NCBI RefSeq assembly: GCF_009914755.1
Contig: NC_060933.1
DNA: 64,000 nucleotides
Reading direction: 5' to 3' (one strand)
Source of the DNA: the human T2T-CHM13v2.0 reference genome, Homo sapiens
Shown: piece after piece, positions 1 to 16,502 of the stretch
How the letters are laid out: every line of letters begins with the position of its first letter
Position numbering within the stretch: position 1 is the first letter of the stretch
The notes under the pieces: model-generated
The model's input: the letters and a program-made list of their open reading frames with translations, nothing else
What the model was told of the DNA's origin: nothing
Database searches by the model: none
Position numbers and translations under genes: made by a program

Positions 1-104
1 TTCTCAATACGTACACTGTTATCCTGCGTGGCAGAAACAAAACCCCAAACCTAGCTAGAGCCTTATAAACTACTCTGAAATCTCTGCTTTAAAAAAGAAC
101 TGGC

Positions 105-450
<346 letters not shown>

Positions 451-1061
451 CTACCTCCTCCTACCTAGACACGCCATTTCATCCAAGGACCAGTGGGGAG
501 TAGAACATAAAAGCAGACATACCTTCATGCCCAGAGAGGTGAAGCAACTTGCTATAATTCATAAGGATGATTTGTAGAAGAACAGGACTTTGGCCAGATG
601 CCCTGACTCCCAGAGTACTGGCCTTTCTTTCTGCTTTTGACCTCCAAACAACTCTCCTTTTCACCATTGCTAACATGTTTAGCGCATTTCCAATTACGTA
701 GCACTGCTCTAGAGTTTATATCAGTCATTAAACACCCACACCTGCATGCAGAACTATGGCAAAGAAGCACACTTTTGAAATTCCTTATTTTAGGCATGTC
801 TTGCTGGTAGCCTTAATTATGAGAGAAAACGTTTCCATCAGGAACTCTTACTGAGAATAATAGTGAAAATATTTTGAAAATATTGAATATTTTAGCAGCA
901 AGAATATGTGCACATGTGCCTGTAGTTATTCATTTCCAAGTAAACTGAGAACTGATCTCATCACATCAGACACTATTCTAACAAAAAGCAATCCAATAAC
1001 TGCAAAGTGTCATGAGACTTCTTTCCATTAATTGATGTGAGATTCAAGAACAGAATCCAGC

Positions 1062-1801
<740 letters not shown>

Positions 1802-1995
1802 CCAGGCTAACTGATGAATGTGGATTGGAGTTTGACTTAGAGACAGCAATGGAATATTTCCAAAAGGAAAGCTAAATGGACTTCTTTAAAGTGGGGGAAA
1901 CAGGTAATATTTTATGTTTAAAAGAAAGAAAAAATAAATAAAATTGCTTTCTGTATACTATTGTTTCATTTTATTTGCCATTTAGATTTCAGGAC

Positions 1996-2531
1996 TGTGA
2001 TGGGGCTTAGAACACCCTACCCCTAAATATCATACCTTGCCTTGGCATACTGAATATTTCAAGCCGAAGGAAATTTGAGAAAACCATAGAAGCAGGAAAG
2101 TGTCTCTGAACTTCTGCCTTTCTTTCCTTTAGGAGATCATAAAACCTAGAAATAATTCTTGGACCTTCCCCTTTGAAGCAGACTGTAAAACCCTCATGTG
2201 AGAAATGCCCACCCTATACTCAGAGGAAAAGAATATTCTTAGCCCTGAAGATACAGGGATACATTGAAGAATCTGAACAAACAAGACTTGCTAAGCTCCA
2301 CCTAGCTTATTCCCAATAGGTCATTCTACTCCACAACTATCCTCTTCTTTATCCAATTTAGCATAAAAATATACAGGTTTCCCTGATTCATTTCTGGAGG
2401 CTCCTATGTCACCTAAAACTTATATTGAATAAATGTGTATGCTTTTCTCTTGCAAATCTATCTTTTGCCACAGGGGCCTCAGACAAGAGCCGAGTGTTGG
2501 GTGAAGAAAATAAATCTTTCTTTCCCCCAAA
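1996..2531 (+). mobile_element. ERV1-class solo LTR, MER34/MER39-like
   Basis: 5' agaacaccctacccctaaatat..ttggcatactgaatatt; aataaatgtgtatgcttttctc poly(A) region; ends about 50 nt from the exon 17 donor. Confidence 0.6.
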
Positions 2532-2583
2532 AGGGAAACAAAAATTGGGCTGCTTCTAGTTGAAATGTCCAGTAAGCCTCTAC

Positions 2584-2745
2584 CTTTACAATCAGAGATG
2601 TTTCTTGAATGGATATATTCCGTGTACATCCCAGAGGGGCAAAGCTTGCACTCAAGTTGCCCTTCTTCATCTTGATAGGATCCGATCCGGCAGCTTTCAC
2701 AGGTGAAATGTTCCAGATTATAATAGGTTCCCAAAGGGCAATTGA
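2584..2745 (-). CDS. SVEP1: SVEP1 exon 17 ([10 protein letters not shown]...NISDCK), ephrin-receptor-like Cys-rich repeat
   Basis: Acceptor ctgtag, donor G|gtagag; 162 nt. Confidence 0.97.
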
Positions 2746-3834
2746 CTACAGAAAAAGCAAACAGGAAACACTGAATAAACTACAACGGTGGAACACACTG
2801 GGCTTTTTTTTCCTAAGACATGAAAGTAATAAAGCATGCTTGAAGGTGCTATTGTTTATGGGTTAAATTTTATGGCCAGAGGCTTATTCACAAGGTAAAC
2901 CTTTCAGAAATATATTCCCAGAAACCAACAGTAAGACATTCGTTTATTTTTTAAAGATAAAGCAAATTCTTATTGACCAAGCTTAAGGCTTATATAATGG
3001 GGGTTTAAAAGTGTGGGTTAAAGCTGTGATAAGCCAGATCATCACGGGAAAGACAGTTAACAAAGAAAAAGCTGATGGAGAAAAAAGGAAAAAACAGTTA
3101 GTTAGGTTCCTTTGAGGATTTCAGATACTACAAACATTTTCTTAGTTGTTTCTCTGAATGCTTCCCCATTGAAACTGACTGCTTGTCAGTTAGCACCCTC
3201 CTTTTCTTGAGATTTGGTAGGTTTGGGGTGGCTCAGAAATTCTGAGACCAAAATACAACATTAAACTGAAAAGCCTGCTACCAAAGTTAATATCCTTAAT
3301 GGGGAAGACACTTGAGATTAGTACCTAGGTGATTCTGAGATGTTAAAAAGTGTGTAATAATTACCCATGTACTTGTTAAACACGCAGATTTCAAGACCCC
3401 AACTCCAAATGCATTAGTCCTAGGATGGGGCCTGAGTCAAGATGCACTTTACAAGCATTTTATGTGATGCAAGATCACACTGAGAAATGAGAAACACCGC
3501 TCAACGTGATTCCTAATTTTTACTCACAAGGTGGGGAGGAAACAAATGCAGGCTTAGAACAACAATTTTAATGTGCTTTTGATTGGCTGAATTTGTCACA
3601 CTATAAAAAACCCAACGGAGCTCTTGGACTAGCAATAAGAACTGTGGAAGAAGGGCACAAGAACCCACGTTTATGGAGAGATGAACGTAAGATTCATGCC
3701 ATTCGGTTCAGCTGAGTGTACACAGTTCCATTACAGGAGATTTCCTTATCTATAAATGATGATTTCTTTGGGGAACAGGCTGGAATTGACCCAGATCATG
3801 GCAGTCTAGAATCGGGCTTAAAAGTTAAGGGGTT

Positions 3835-4570
<736 letters not shown>

Positions 4571-4582
4571 ACTTACTGTCTT

Positions 4583-4745
4583 AATGGGTAAGTCTTAGGG
4601 GCAAATTCGTAGCCTCTCTGGCTTCAGTTTTCTCATCCGTAAAATGTGTTTAATAATAATGGTACCTCACAGAGGTGCTAAACAGGATTAAACATGACTG
4701 GTGCTCAGCTGGAATACAGAAGTGGTCAAAAAGTATTCATTATTA
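4583..4745 (+). mobile_element. MIR remnant (host of the Alu/L1 pair)
   Basis: cttcagttttctcatccgtaaaatg..aataatggtacctcacagagg MIR core. Confidence 0.65.
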
Positions 4746-5007
4746 TTATTGGAGCTGTTACTGAAAGCTGTGAGGTCTAAAGATCTTTAAATAAAAATCA
4801 GATTTGAGTCCCTCCCTGAACTAGATTTCCTGTCCCTACCAACAGTAGTTCCTTAGACTCTTGAGACAAAATAGTAATAATAACAACCACACAACAAGAG
4901 CAAAATATGTTTCATTTCAATATCCCTTTATAGTTGTAAAATGGCTACACCCATCTCATTTGACCCAGTATGCACCAAATATTTTTGATCACAGGGAACA
5001 GTCTTAC

Positions 5008-5241
5008 CACACATACGCCCTCTCAGCACTGAGCCTGGTCTGCAGAAGGGGGAAGCCTTTTTTGTTTCTAATGAATTGCTGTCGGCTATAAGTATTTCTG
5101 ATGCAAGCTGAAAGGAATACATGGGGTCTTTGTTGAGAGTCCTTTTCAGTTTATTTGTGATAGTTTCCAATGTCTGAAGGAGTCGTTGCTGATTTTCCCA
5201 TTCAAGGGTATCATTTCTTTCATCGGGTAATGGCACACTAG
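5008..5241 (-). CDS. SVEP1: SVEP1 exon 16 ([10 protein letters not shown]...LRGRMC)
   Basis: Acceptor tctcag, donor G|gtaaga; 234 nt. Confidence 0.97.
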
Positions 5242-5802
5242 CTGAGATAAAAACAAAATAAAACACAACACAAACACATGGTGTTTCAGAAAGTCATTTG
5301 TAGTTAATTTTTTACCAAATAGAAATACTTAAAATCTTTTAGTACTAATAAGTGGTCTATAGAAAAAAAATAAAAATCTTTCAGGAAAAATTAATTCAAA
5401 ATAAATTTAACCACTATTTAGTGAACAATTAAGTTAAGTACATGGATAAGACTAAGAACTATACAATTTGTTTCAGTCCTCTCAGATGCTAAATCTATAT
5501 CACCTTTTTTGGGAGTTCTTTATTATAACATAATAAATTCCTGTAAATTCTTGCATTTTAAAAGCGCACCTTAATCATGCCAAGATGAGAACGAAGTAGG
5601 GTGCTTTTCGCCGTGAGACCTACAAAAGACATCTATGATACTGACAGCAAAAGATGACAAGGCTTAGTTAACTGTGCTTTCCCTAATTCTCAATTCCAGA
5701 GTCATTTCCTAATAATGATAACAAATGGAAGATTTGAGAAGCAGGTTTCCAACCAAGAATTTTCCATTATATTGCTTTTTCAAATAGACAGTTTATCCTT
5801 AC

Positions 5803-5967
5803 CTGTGATGTTAAAAATTAACTTAATTTTATAGTCAGATAATGGGGCACTTCTTTTAATCCGTGAGGACCTGGCATTGCCGATGCTTGTGGCTGTTTCT
5901 TGCACAGTGTCCAGGAAGTCATCGTAAGAGTAATCCAGCCTATTAGCTGCACCCCAGCCACCTGGTC
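5803..5967 (-). CDS. SVEP1: SVEP1 exon 15 ([10 protein letters not shown]...LIFNIT), contains RIKR convertase motif
   Basis: Acceptor atccag, donor G|gtaagg; 165 nt. Confidence 0.97.
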
Positions 5968-6554
5968 CTGGATAGTCGGGGCAGACACAAATGATCACAC
6001 AGTTGCTTTTTCGTCAGCGTTCAGGTTCTAATGTTAAGCCACAAGTGAAATTACACTTGACCATTTCCTCAAATGCCCATAACATACTGCATACAGGGTT
6101 TGGTCTACAATGTTATATATATTGTAATTTTTGATCACTTCATATTTAATACAGATTACCAATGAATAATACTAAAAGAAGAAAGAAAAGTCTCTATGGA
6201 ACTACTAGGGCATTTATACCACTCTATCTTTGAGTTAATAGTTAATTATTTTAGCTTTAGAGGTAAATTTTAGAGGTAAATAAGAGCTGGGTGCAAAATT
6301 CTAGTCAATTTCTATTTCTTTGCAAGGCTTTCTCCAATCCTTTTTTCTTTTTTTAAAATTGACCTTAAAACTATTAATATACATAAATAGATCTCCTCTC
6401 ATGAAGATTACTCAAGATGCTTTCATCATATTTTAAAGGTAAGGGTAGTTTTCAAAGGCAGCACATAAGTTAAATGATTCTATCATACAACCACACTGGA
6501 GGCAACAAGGGTACATGGAATTCTCTAGATGCCCTTGATATCACTGTGATTAAC

Positions 6555-6700
6555 TGCATGGGTTCAGATTGTGGCTTCTCGATGTAGGCTGCTGTATAAT
6601 CTTAGTCAAGTTACTTTCATCTTTCTGAGCCTCAGTTTCTTGATTTATAAATTGAGATGATTCTTACCTGATAGATTTGTCTGTGGATTAAATGAGACAA
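6555..6700 (+). mobile_element. MIR
   Basis: caagttact..tctgagcctcagtttcttgatttataa..ggattaaatgaga. Confidence 0.65.
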
Positions 6701-7646
6701 AATATATAAGCTGTCAAACTCAGTATTTGACTTATTATAAAACTATATGAATATTATTCTGGCCATTCTATTGTTTTGTTATGTACTTTAGACAATAATT
6801 TATATTTATATAGGCCTCTCTACTTAAGTAAATTGTTTTGTGAACTTTTTGGCTTTATTTATGCTTTGGCTATTAAAATTAACTGGGATTAATATCATCT
6901 TTTTACTTAAACATTTTCTCCACAAGCATTAAGTAGCTGTTATAAAAAAAATGAGCAAAGAGAAAAGTATTAAAAATTACTACAATGCTACCACATAGAA
7001 ATAATCACCATGAACATTTTAGGCAAGCTTTTTTCCCACTATGAATGTATAAATATACACACAGATATACATTTATGCATATGTGCATACATACATATAC
7101 ACACACACAAACCTGGAATAAAAACAAACAACACACTTTTAACAAAACAAGATTATGCTATGTATGTATTATTTAGTAATCTTTTTCAAATTTTATGGCA
7201 TTTCTATGTGAAATGGCCACATAATACTCTCTTGTATGGTACAACACAAACAACCTACAGTTTCTATTTTTAGACTTTTAGGTTATTTCAAATGTTTAGA
7301 ATATCCTTGCACATACGGTATTTAATCAAATCTAAGATACCATCGGTTAGAAGATACATCCCAATTTCAGGTCTAAAGGAAAAATATGCATCTCAAAATT
7401 TATGAAATGTAGTACATATTTGCACAATGGCATGATTTTTACCTTGAGAAATATTCTTAGAAATGAAATTTCTGGGTCTAAGTGCATGGGCATTTAAAAT
7501 CCTTTAGATACATATTGTCAAATGCCCTCTTAATTTCTTTCTATACAATGTATGAATATGATTTTTTCCCCTACATTCTTGCCAACTGTGGGTATTATAA
7601 TTCTTGTTTGTTAATCTGACAGGTCAAAAATTGCATTCCACTTTAG

Positions 7647-7942
<296 letters not shown>

Positions 7943-8959
7943 TAGTTTTAATTTTATATTACATGATTATTATGAAGTCAACTTGATTTTATTATATTTA
8001 CTGGTTGCTTATTTTTCATACATTATGACCTTCCAAGGCATGGTTATAAATGTTACACCGATCTTGTGACTTTCTACTGGGAATACATTTGGGGAGCAAT
8101 GCTTGTTTTTAGGATCACAGGATCACATGTGCCACCTGCCCATGCTTTTTTCTCAAGAACTGCCATTTGGACCCTTATTAGGTGACAAATATCGCTCATC
8201 TCATAGACTTGTGATGACAACTGACTCTCTCTAGGTGTAACCTTGTGCCCCCAAAACCTACCGCAACAATCTGGGAGGGGAAACCTGGATCGTGTTTAAC
8301 AGAAGAGGGTTGATTATTCTAGATATGTTACTGACAATGCCACCTTACTTTTTCCTATCTAAAACCTTAATTTCCAAAATGTTCACTAAAGTGCTGTACA
8401 TAATAGTAAACAACCGAAAATAACCCAAAATCTACCAATAGGAAACTATTTCTATAAATTATGGTAAACTGATCGATGGGATAATATTCAAACTGTACTG
8501 AAGTAGGATATTTAGTGAATAAAAATGTCCTCAATACAATGTTAACTAAGAATTTGTGTTCAAAATAGCATCAGTATATACACAATAAGCAGTTTTATAT
8601 ATATAATAATATGTATATATCATAGTATGGTATATATACAGTATATATAGTATGGTATATATATGTGTATCTACATACATATATACTTATAAATATATAC
8701 ATGTATTAACAGTCTTATTTCTGGGGTTGTGGATTATCTTGATTTCATTTTTTGTTTTTAAGCATTTTAAAAATTGTATAATAAACATATGCACAAATGA
8801 TATTTAAAAAAATTTAAAAATCAAAAGCAACAGTCAACATCACTCTTAATGCTAAATCACCAAAAATATTACAGACATGACTAGTATTCGAAATGGAAAA
8901 GATGTCTGCCGTAATGCGAATTAATACTTACCATCTCATAACCTTCTAAACACATGACT

Positions 8960-9476
<517 letters not shown>

Positions 9477-9847
9477 TAACTGTTTTATGTTAATGACTTC
9501 ATTGTAACTTACACTGAATGCCATATAAAAGTTGCTGTTAGGACTTTATTACTATTCTCTTTTAGGATACATCAACATTTGAATTTTACCAGCATATGTG
9601 ACTTAGTTTTCTTAGTTTTTGTCATTTTTAAGAATCCTGGCAAATAATTTTAAATAATTTATTTGTTACTAAAATTTGATATAACCTTAATGATCTTTCA
9701 GCACATTATCAAATTATTTAGCCATCCTAAAATACTTGATGAATAAATTAATAGAAGTTAATGTTTCTAGTTTGCCTCACTTTTCTGGAATTATTCTTAT
9801 TTTGCAGATTAGTCTTGCCAACTACCGATGCCACAGAATTTAATTAC

Positions 9848-9959
9848 CAATTGCAAAGCCATTTTCATAGTCATAATTATATTCTAGGCAATATTTTTTG
9901 GTCAGGTTCTCCTCCAGTCTGCAGTCAATGTCCTCTGCATCACTACAAAATGATGGGAC
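9848..9959 (-). CDS. SVEP1: SVEP1 exon 14 ([10 protein letters not shown]...YENGFAI)
   Basis: Acceptor ttgcag, donor G|gtaatt; 112 nt, phase 0-1. Confidence 0.96.
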
Positions 9960-10289
9960 CTGCAAGTAAAAAATGAAGAGGATAAAGTGTAAATCACTTT
10001 TCTGCATGCCTTGGATAAACACTTTGCTCCCCTGGCCTTCACGTCTCCATCAGCAGGAGGGAAGGGAGGGCCCCAGAGCTCTGCACATTCCTCAAAGGGA
10101 TTCTGACCCTCCTCCCCTACAGCCTCTAACTGTCTGTTGGTCACCAGGATTAGTTTCACACCTTTTATCTCTGTTTATGTCACTCACCATGAGAAGCCCA
10201 GCGCTCCTGGAATATCTCCTGTCTCTAAACTTTGGCTATATGGCTCTTTGGAACCCTTTCTCTGACCCCATCTCCCACTCCTCTTCCCC

Positions 10290-12066
10290 AATCCCCTAAG
10301 CCTTCCTCTATGCCCTCTGAAGCTCAGTCAGTAATCAGCAAATCTGTTATTTTCTACCTCCTCTCTTTATGTTCTCTTCACCTTTGCCCTAAAACCTTTC
10401 CAATTTTCTGGAACATTTCCCAGAAAATATTCTAGAAATACTAGAAATTCCAGAATTCTGGAATTGGGGGCAGGCCTGAAGGTGGAGGAAGGTCCTTCTC
10501 ACTCTTCGTTGCTGTTTCCAGATCAAACTCCCTCACATCCCCTTAAAGGCTCACAGTTCTGAAGCTCATGCTGTCAACTCTACCACTCACTGACCCTTCT
10601 GGTGACAGTCACCTGCAGCATTTCCCCTCTGTGTCACTCCCTCATTCCAAGAACATTTGGTAACTGTCCCTGTTATAGTTCTTGGTGATTTCTATAGTCA
10701 CCTAGCAAACTCTTCCATCTCCTTGGATTCTCAGTTCCTTTCCCTCTTCTCTCTTGTATTCCAGCCTTACTCTGTCACTCACTCCTGTAGTCATACCCTC
10801 AGACCTTGTCATTGTCAGAAACTGCACCTTCTCCTCTTCTCAGGAATCCAACAGTTCCTTGACTTCATCAGAATGTATAATCCATTGACCCTAGTGCCTC
10901 TCCTTTAGCCACTCATGTCTTCATGTCCTTGTTTACCCATCTAAGATTCCACGATCCATCACCATGGAATGTCTCCTCCCTTGCATGCCTCTTCCTCAAT
11001 TTGTTTGCCTGGACAACACTTACCCTTGGTTAAATTAATCGTTCTGCTTCCCCACACCTGTACTACACAGTCAACTAAGGCTTGAGAAAAAATGTAACCC
11101 TGCTGGCTGCCAATCTTACTACATTTCTTTAGCATACTTATTCATCCTTTCTTAGAAAATTATTTTACACCACCTCTCTCTTCTTAAGCCTCCAACAACT
11201 CCTCCCCATTCTTACTCTCAGATGATCATTTTTTTTATGCCGATCAAAATTGAACTCAGAAAAGAGCCTCCGTTCACACACTTCCATCCCCATGAGTACC
11301 CAGTACCTGGACCTATGCCCTTGTATGCTCTGCCTCCTTGACTCTTCTCTTTATCCCACAATCTACTTCCAATGTATCAGCAAGTCCTACTGAATCTACT
11401 TTCAGAAGATATAAAAAAAATCCATTCACTTCTCACCACCTCCAGTGCCACCCAAGCCACCATCATCTCTTGCTTTCATTTCCTATGTGGTCTTCTTACT
11501 CTCTCCTACCCTCTCCTCCTAGAGCCCAAAGTCATCAGTAAGTTGTTCCCTCAAATGGCTTTCCATTTAATTAGAGTAAAAGGCAAAGATTTACAGTGAC
11601 TTTCAAGGCTCTCCACAGTCTGATTTCTCTTCTTACCCCCATCTCCTCTTCCACATGTGATCTTTTTGACCATCTATCACTCAGCCTGTCATCTTCTCTA
11701 CCTTTGCCACTCTGACATCTTTACGGTGGTTCAAACTCTGAAACACACTCCTGCCTCAGGGACTTTGCACTTGCTACTCCCTCTGCCTGGAACGCTCTTC
11801 CCCTAGATATGCTCGTGGCTCACTGCCTCATTCTTTCAGGTCTCTTCTCAAACAGGAACCTAGTGAGGCTTTCCCATCTTCTGCTTTATTTTATTCCATA
11901 GCATACGCCATCTGACATGCTACATATTTTCCTTGTAATTTGTTTATTGTTGGTCTATTCATTAACATGTAAATTCTATAAGCACAGGGAGTTTTGCCTG
12001 TTTATTCAGATCTAAATCCCTAGTGTCTAGAATAGGACATACTTACTAAATATTTATTAAATGAAT
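10290..12066 (+). mobile_element. L2 (L2a-like) degraded fragments
   Basis: CT-rich body, ccctctgcctggaacgctcttcccc, 3' end aaatatttattaaatgaat. Confidence 0.65.
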
Positions 12067-12550
12067 ACATAAGCATTTAACAGCACATTCTATTCCCTTA
12101 TAGCATCTTTAACCTGCTACAATTTAGTGTCTGATAGACACTGAGTCTAACACACACAAAAATATTTAATATTTTAAAGATTTCTTCACCACTTTGGGGT
12201 GGAGTATAATTAGTATGAGTGTATTGTTGCCTTTCGAGTATAGGTCTATAGTAACAGAGGCCTAATGGGCGTAATATTTTCTTGGTTTGCTAGTAACAGT
12301 GACAACATTATTTCTCTTTTTGGAATTTGGTTTTATTGAATAGATTTAAATATAACGTTTTTACCAAGTGTTTTTGAATGGACATTCGTTAATATGTTAG
12401 GTGTACTTGTAACGTGCTTGGCATACAGTAAGCAGCACAATAAAATATTAGCAAATAAATAAAGTGCTACCGAGTCTGCAGGGCATACAAATATGTATCT
12501 AGCATGGTTCCTGCCTTGAAGATGTTCAATACAGTTACATATATTGCTGT

Positions 12551-12861
12551 ATTTTCTTTTCTTTCTTCTTCTTTTTTTTTTTAGACGGAGTCTTTCTCTG
12601 TTGCCCAGGCTGGAGTGCATGGCGTGATCTGGTTCACTGCAACCTCCACCTCCCAGGTTCAAGTGATTCTCCTGCCTCAGCCTCCTGAGTAGCTGGGATT
12701 ACAGGCACACATCACCATGCCTGGCTAGTTTTTTTGTATTTTTACTAGAGACGGGGTTTCACCATGTTGGCCAGGCTGGTCTCGAACTCCTGATCTCATG
12801 ATCCACTCTCCTTGGCCTCCCAAAGTGCTGGGATTACAGGCGTGAGCCACCGCGCCTGGTC
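12551..12861 (-). mobile_element. AluS (Sg/Sc-like)
   Basis: Reverse Alu dimer. Confidence 0.9.
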
Positions 12862-13278
12862 TGTTTTTTTTATAATTGTTGTAAGAGTCCTTTCTAAACA
12901 AAAATGCATCTTTTAAATCTTTTAAATGTACAATTATCTTTTAAGTGTCCAATTATCTTCTTATCATAAACAAAATACCACCTACAATGTTTGGCATTTT
13001 TGTCAAACTTTAAATAATAAAGGCATTCTCCAACCATCCAGACCTTAAGCTTCTCTGACTTCCTAAGGATGTTTTTAAAGATTCAAAAATGTTTTAATGC
13101 ATATTTACTTCTAAGTCATTTTAGAAGTTCAAAATCTATGAATAATTTTAAATATTAGGTACATGTCTGGATCACAAAGAAGAGGGAAATAGGATGAGAA
13201 ATCGCAGTTGTAAATGACTCAGAAAGGTTATGAAAGCCTTATAAAAGAACACACAATAAATGACCACTATTGATGTAC

Positions 13279-13400
13279 CATTTTTCCCAGGGTCGTCTCA
13301 AATGCTTCAGAAAACTTCTTCATCAGATCTGTGTCATCACAACGAGCTGCTTTGTAGAACATCTCAAAGGACTTGAACCCGTGGTTTGCAAAACGTTTTT
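13279..13400 (-). CDS. SVEP1: SVEP1 exon 13 ([10 protein letters not shown]...ETTLGKM)
   Basis: Translated by hand. Acceptor ttctag, donor ATG|gtacat; 122 nt, phase 1-0. Confidence 0.94.
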
Positions 13401-14283
13401 CTAGAAAATGTTGGACAAAACAGCTTCAGTTGGTTAGTGTTTTTAAAACAAAGATTTGACTTTCTATGAAATAATTGAAACAATGTTTTAATTCTAACAT
13501 AATTTGTGGGATTGTTATAAAAACAAGAGATGACAGTTAAGGAGAGTTTCTAGGCATTAAATGATCATAATAAACCATGCACCAAGCAGCACTGGACTCA
13601 GTTATCCAGTGAAGAGTTTGCTTTTGATATATGATTCTTTATCTTCCATTCATACAAAAAGTGAGTATTTAAGGGAAGAAGATACATAAAAATTGTTTTC
13701 ATTATATTCCTGGGAATTTTTGAAAAATCCTGGCTGGCTCAAAGTTGTTATATCTTATATAGCACATACAATAATTTTAAAAAATAAGCATTGAAACATT
13801 TCTAAATATTATTTTTGTGCAATCATATTCCTTGAAAGTGTAATTGTCATAAAGACAAATTTCTCCCTGGATCAAAAGCTTGCATGGTAGACTTTGCAAA
13901 ATGCCCCTGAAGAATTCAGGGACAGTCTCCCACTAGCATCCCACCGTCTCAATCTGTGAAAGAGGTGAATGGTATTGTTTCTATTTACTACTGCAGTTTG
14001 GGGGGAAAATAGCTCTGTTAAGTGGGTTTCACATTTTTTTCCAAGACACTGGTATTTAAATTCCATTTATGGTAGTGGATCAAAGATTCACTTCAGAGAA
14101 TATTTATTTACACTAAATGAATACATTAGGTTATTTTTATAACAATGTATATTTAAGATTATAGAATAGTTTAAAATCTAAATCAAATATGAAGAGACTA
14201 TGATTGATGTATTTTATTCCATCATGTATGTTAGATTTTATTTTAAAGTAGCTCTTCTGCACACTATGAGAGTTTTTTCTCTA

Positions 14284-14564
14284 TTTTTTTTGTGCAACAG
14301 GGTCTCATTCTGTCACCCAAGCTGAAGTACAGTGATGTGATCAAAGTTCCCTGCAGTCTGAAACTCCAGGGCTCAAGCGACTTTCCCAACTTAGCCTCCT
14401 AAATAACTGGGACCACAGGAGCACACCACCAGGCCCAACTAATTTTTTTTTTTTAATATTTTTGTAGAGATGGTAGGCTGGTCTCGAACTCTTGGGCTCA
14501 AGTGATCCACCCGCCTCAGCCTTCCAAAATGCTGGGATTACGGGTATACGTCACCATGCCTGGC
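14284..14564 (-). mobile_element. AluJ with internal deletion
   Basis: Reverse Alu; TSD cactatgaga on both sides. Confidence 0.85.
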
Positions 14565-14885
14565 CACTATGAGACTTGAAATTCATATTTACAGGTTCAG
14601 AATTACATATTGTCAAGTCTCCAGATATTTCTGATAAATAATGAGAGGGCTCAGATGGTTCTGCCTTAAACTGAATCTTGTCCTACAGCAATACAATCTA
14701 TAATAAGACTTTAGTGACTAATATTTTAAATCCAGGAAAGAGTAATTCTCTTATTCACAAACATTTCAAATTCATGGCACCATTTTCCATTAATTCCTAT
14801 CGTAAGGCAATTTTCCTCTTTAACACTTAGAAATGTACACACATTCACACACATTAAAGAAGTCTAGAATAAAATTAAAACTTAC

Positions 14886-15080
14886 TGGCACAGTCTGGCC
14901 ATTCAGTGGTATATGTTGGTTTCCAGACGCCATCTTCATAAGCACAATAATACTTGTCAGTAGACCCTTCTGTGAAATCATAGCCCTCCAAGCAAGTTAA
15001 TGTACAGTTGACTCCAGTATTATCTGGAGTGCATATAAAATCCCCATTTACAGGTGTGAATGGAATTTCACAGGGAGAAC
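14886..15080 (-). CDS. SVEP1: SVEP1 exon 12 ([10 protein letters not shown]...TEWPDCA), sushi/CCP 4
   Basis: Translated by hand. Acceptor acacag, donor A|gtaagt; 195 nt. Confidence 0.96.
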
Positions 15081-15343
15081 CTGTGTAAAAAAAATTGTAC
15101 TATTCATATATAGTGGTACAAGAAGCATAAATTAAATTCCAGGAGCTTAAGCAGAATTTTGAAAAGGACTCCTCCTGTCTATCGCTATTTCTAGAAAAGC
15201 TTTTACCATATGTCTTTAGTGCAGGAGAAGGACAACACATGCTTTTTGGTTCCTAGATTGACATACATTGAAAAGCTGTACCTACGTGTAATTAGAGGTT
15301 GTGCATATTTTTATAAAAAAGTTAAAGTACTTCTGACTTGGAG

Positions 15344-15675
<332 letters not shown>

Positions 15676-16004
15676 TAATAAAAACAAAAACTGGATAACA
15701 TTGTGCAGCAAATATGTTTTCAGAATCTGTCTTCTCAAACATTTAAAATAGGATAATGTCAATAATACATTGTAACCTTAGAGAAAATGTTAACAAAATG
15801 TTAACTAAAGACTATTCTGGGAGAAAACATTTATATCTATCACAAGGTCAAGGAATGACAATGGAAAACCTAAATAAAACCTGTCAGTCTTCTAACTGTA
15901 AAAATCTAATGCTCATAGCCTATTTTCTTTCATAAAACAGAGCACTATAGCAATGACATGTGTCAAATGTCAACTAGAATTCTGGGGACTTATGAAGACA
16001 ATAC

Positions 16005-16502
<498 letters not shown>

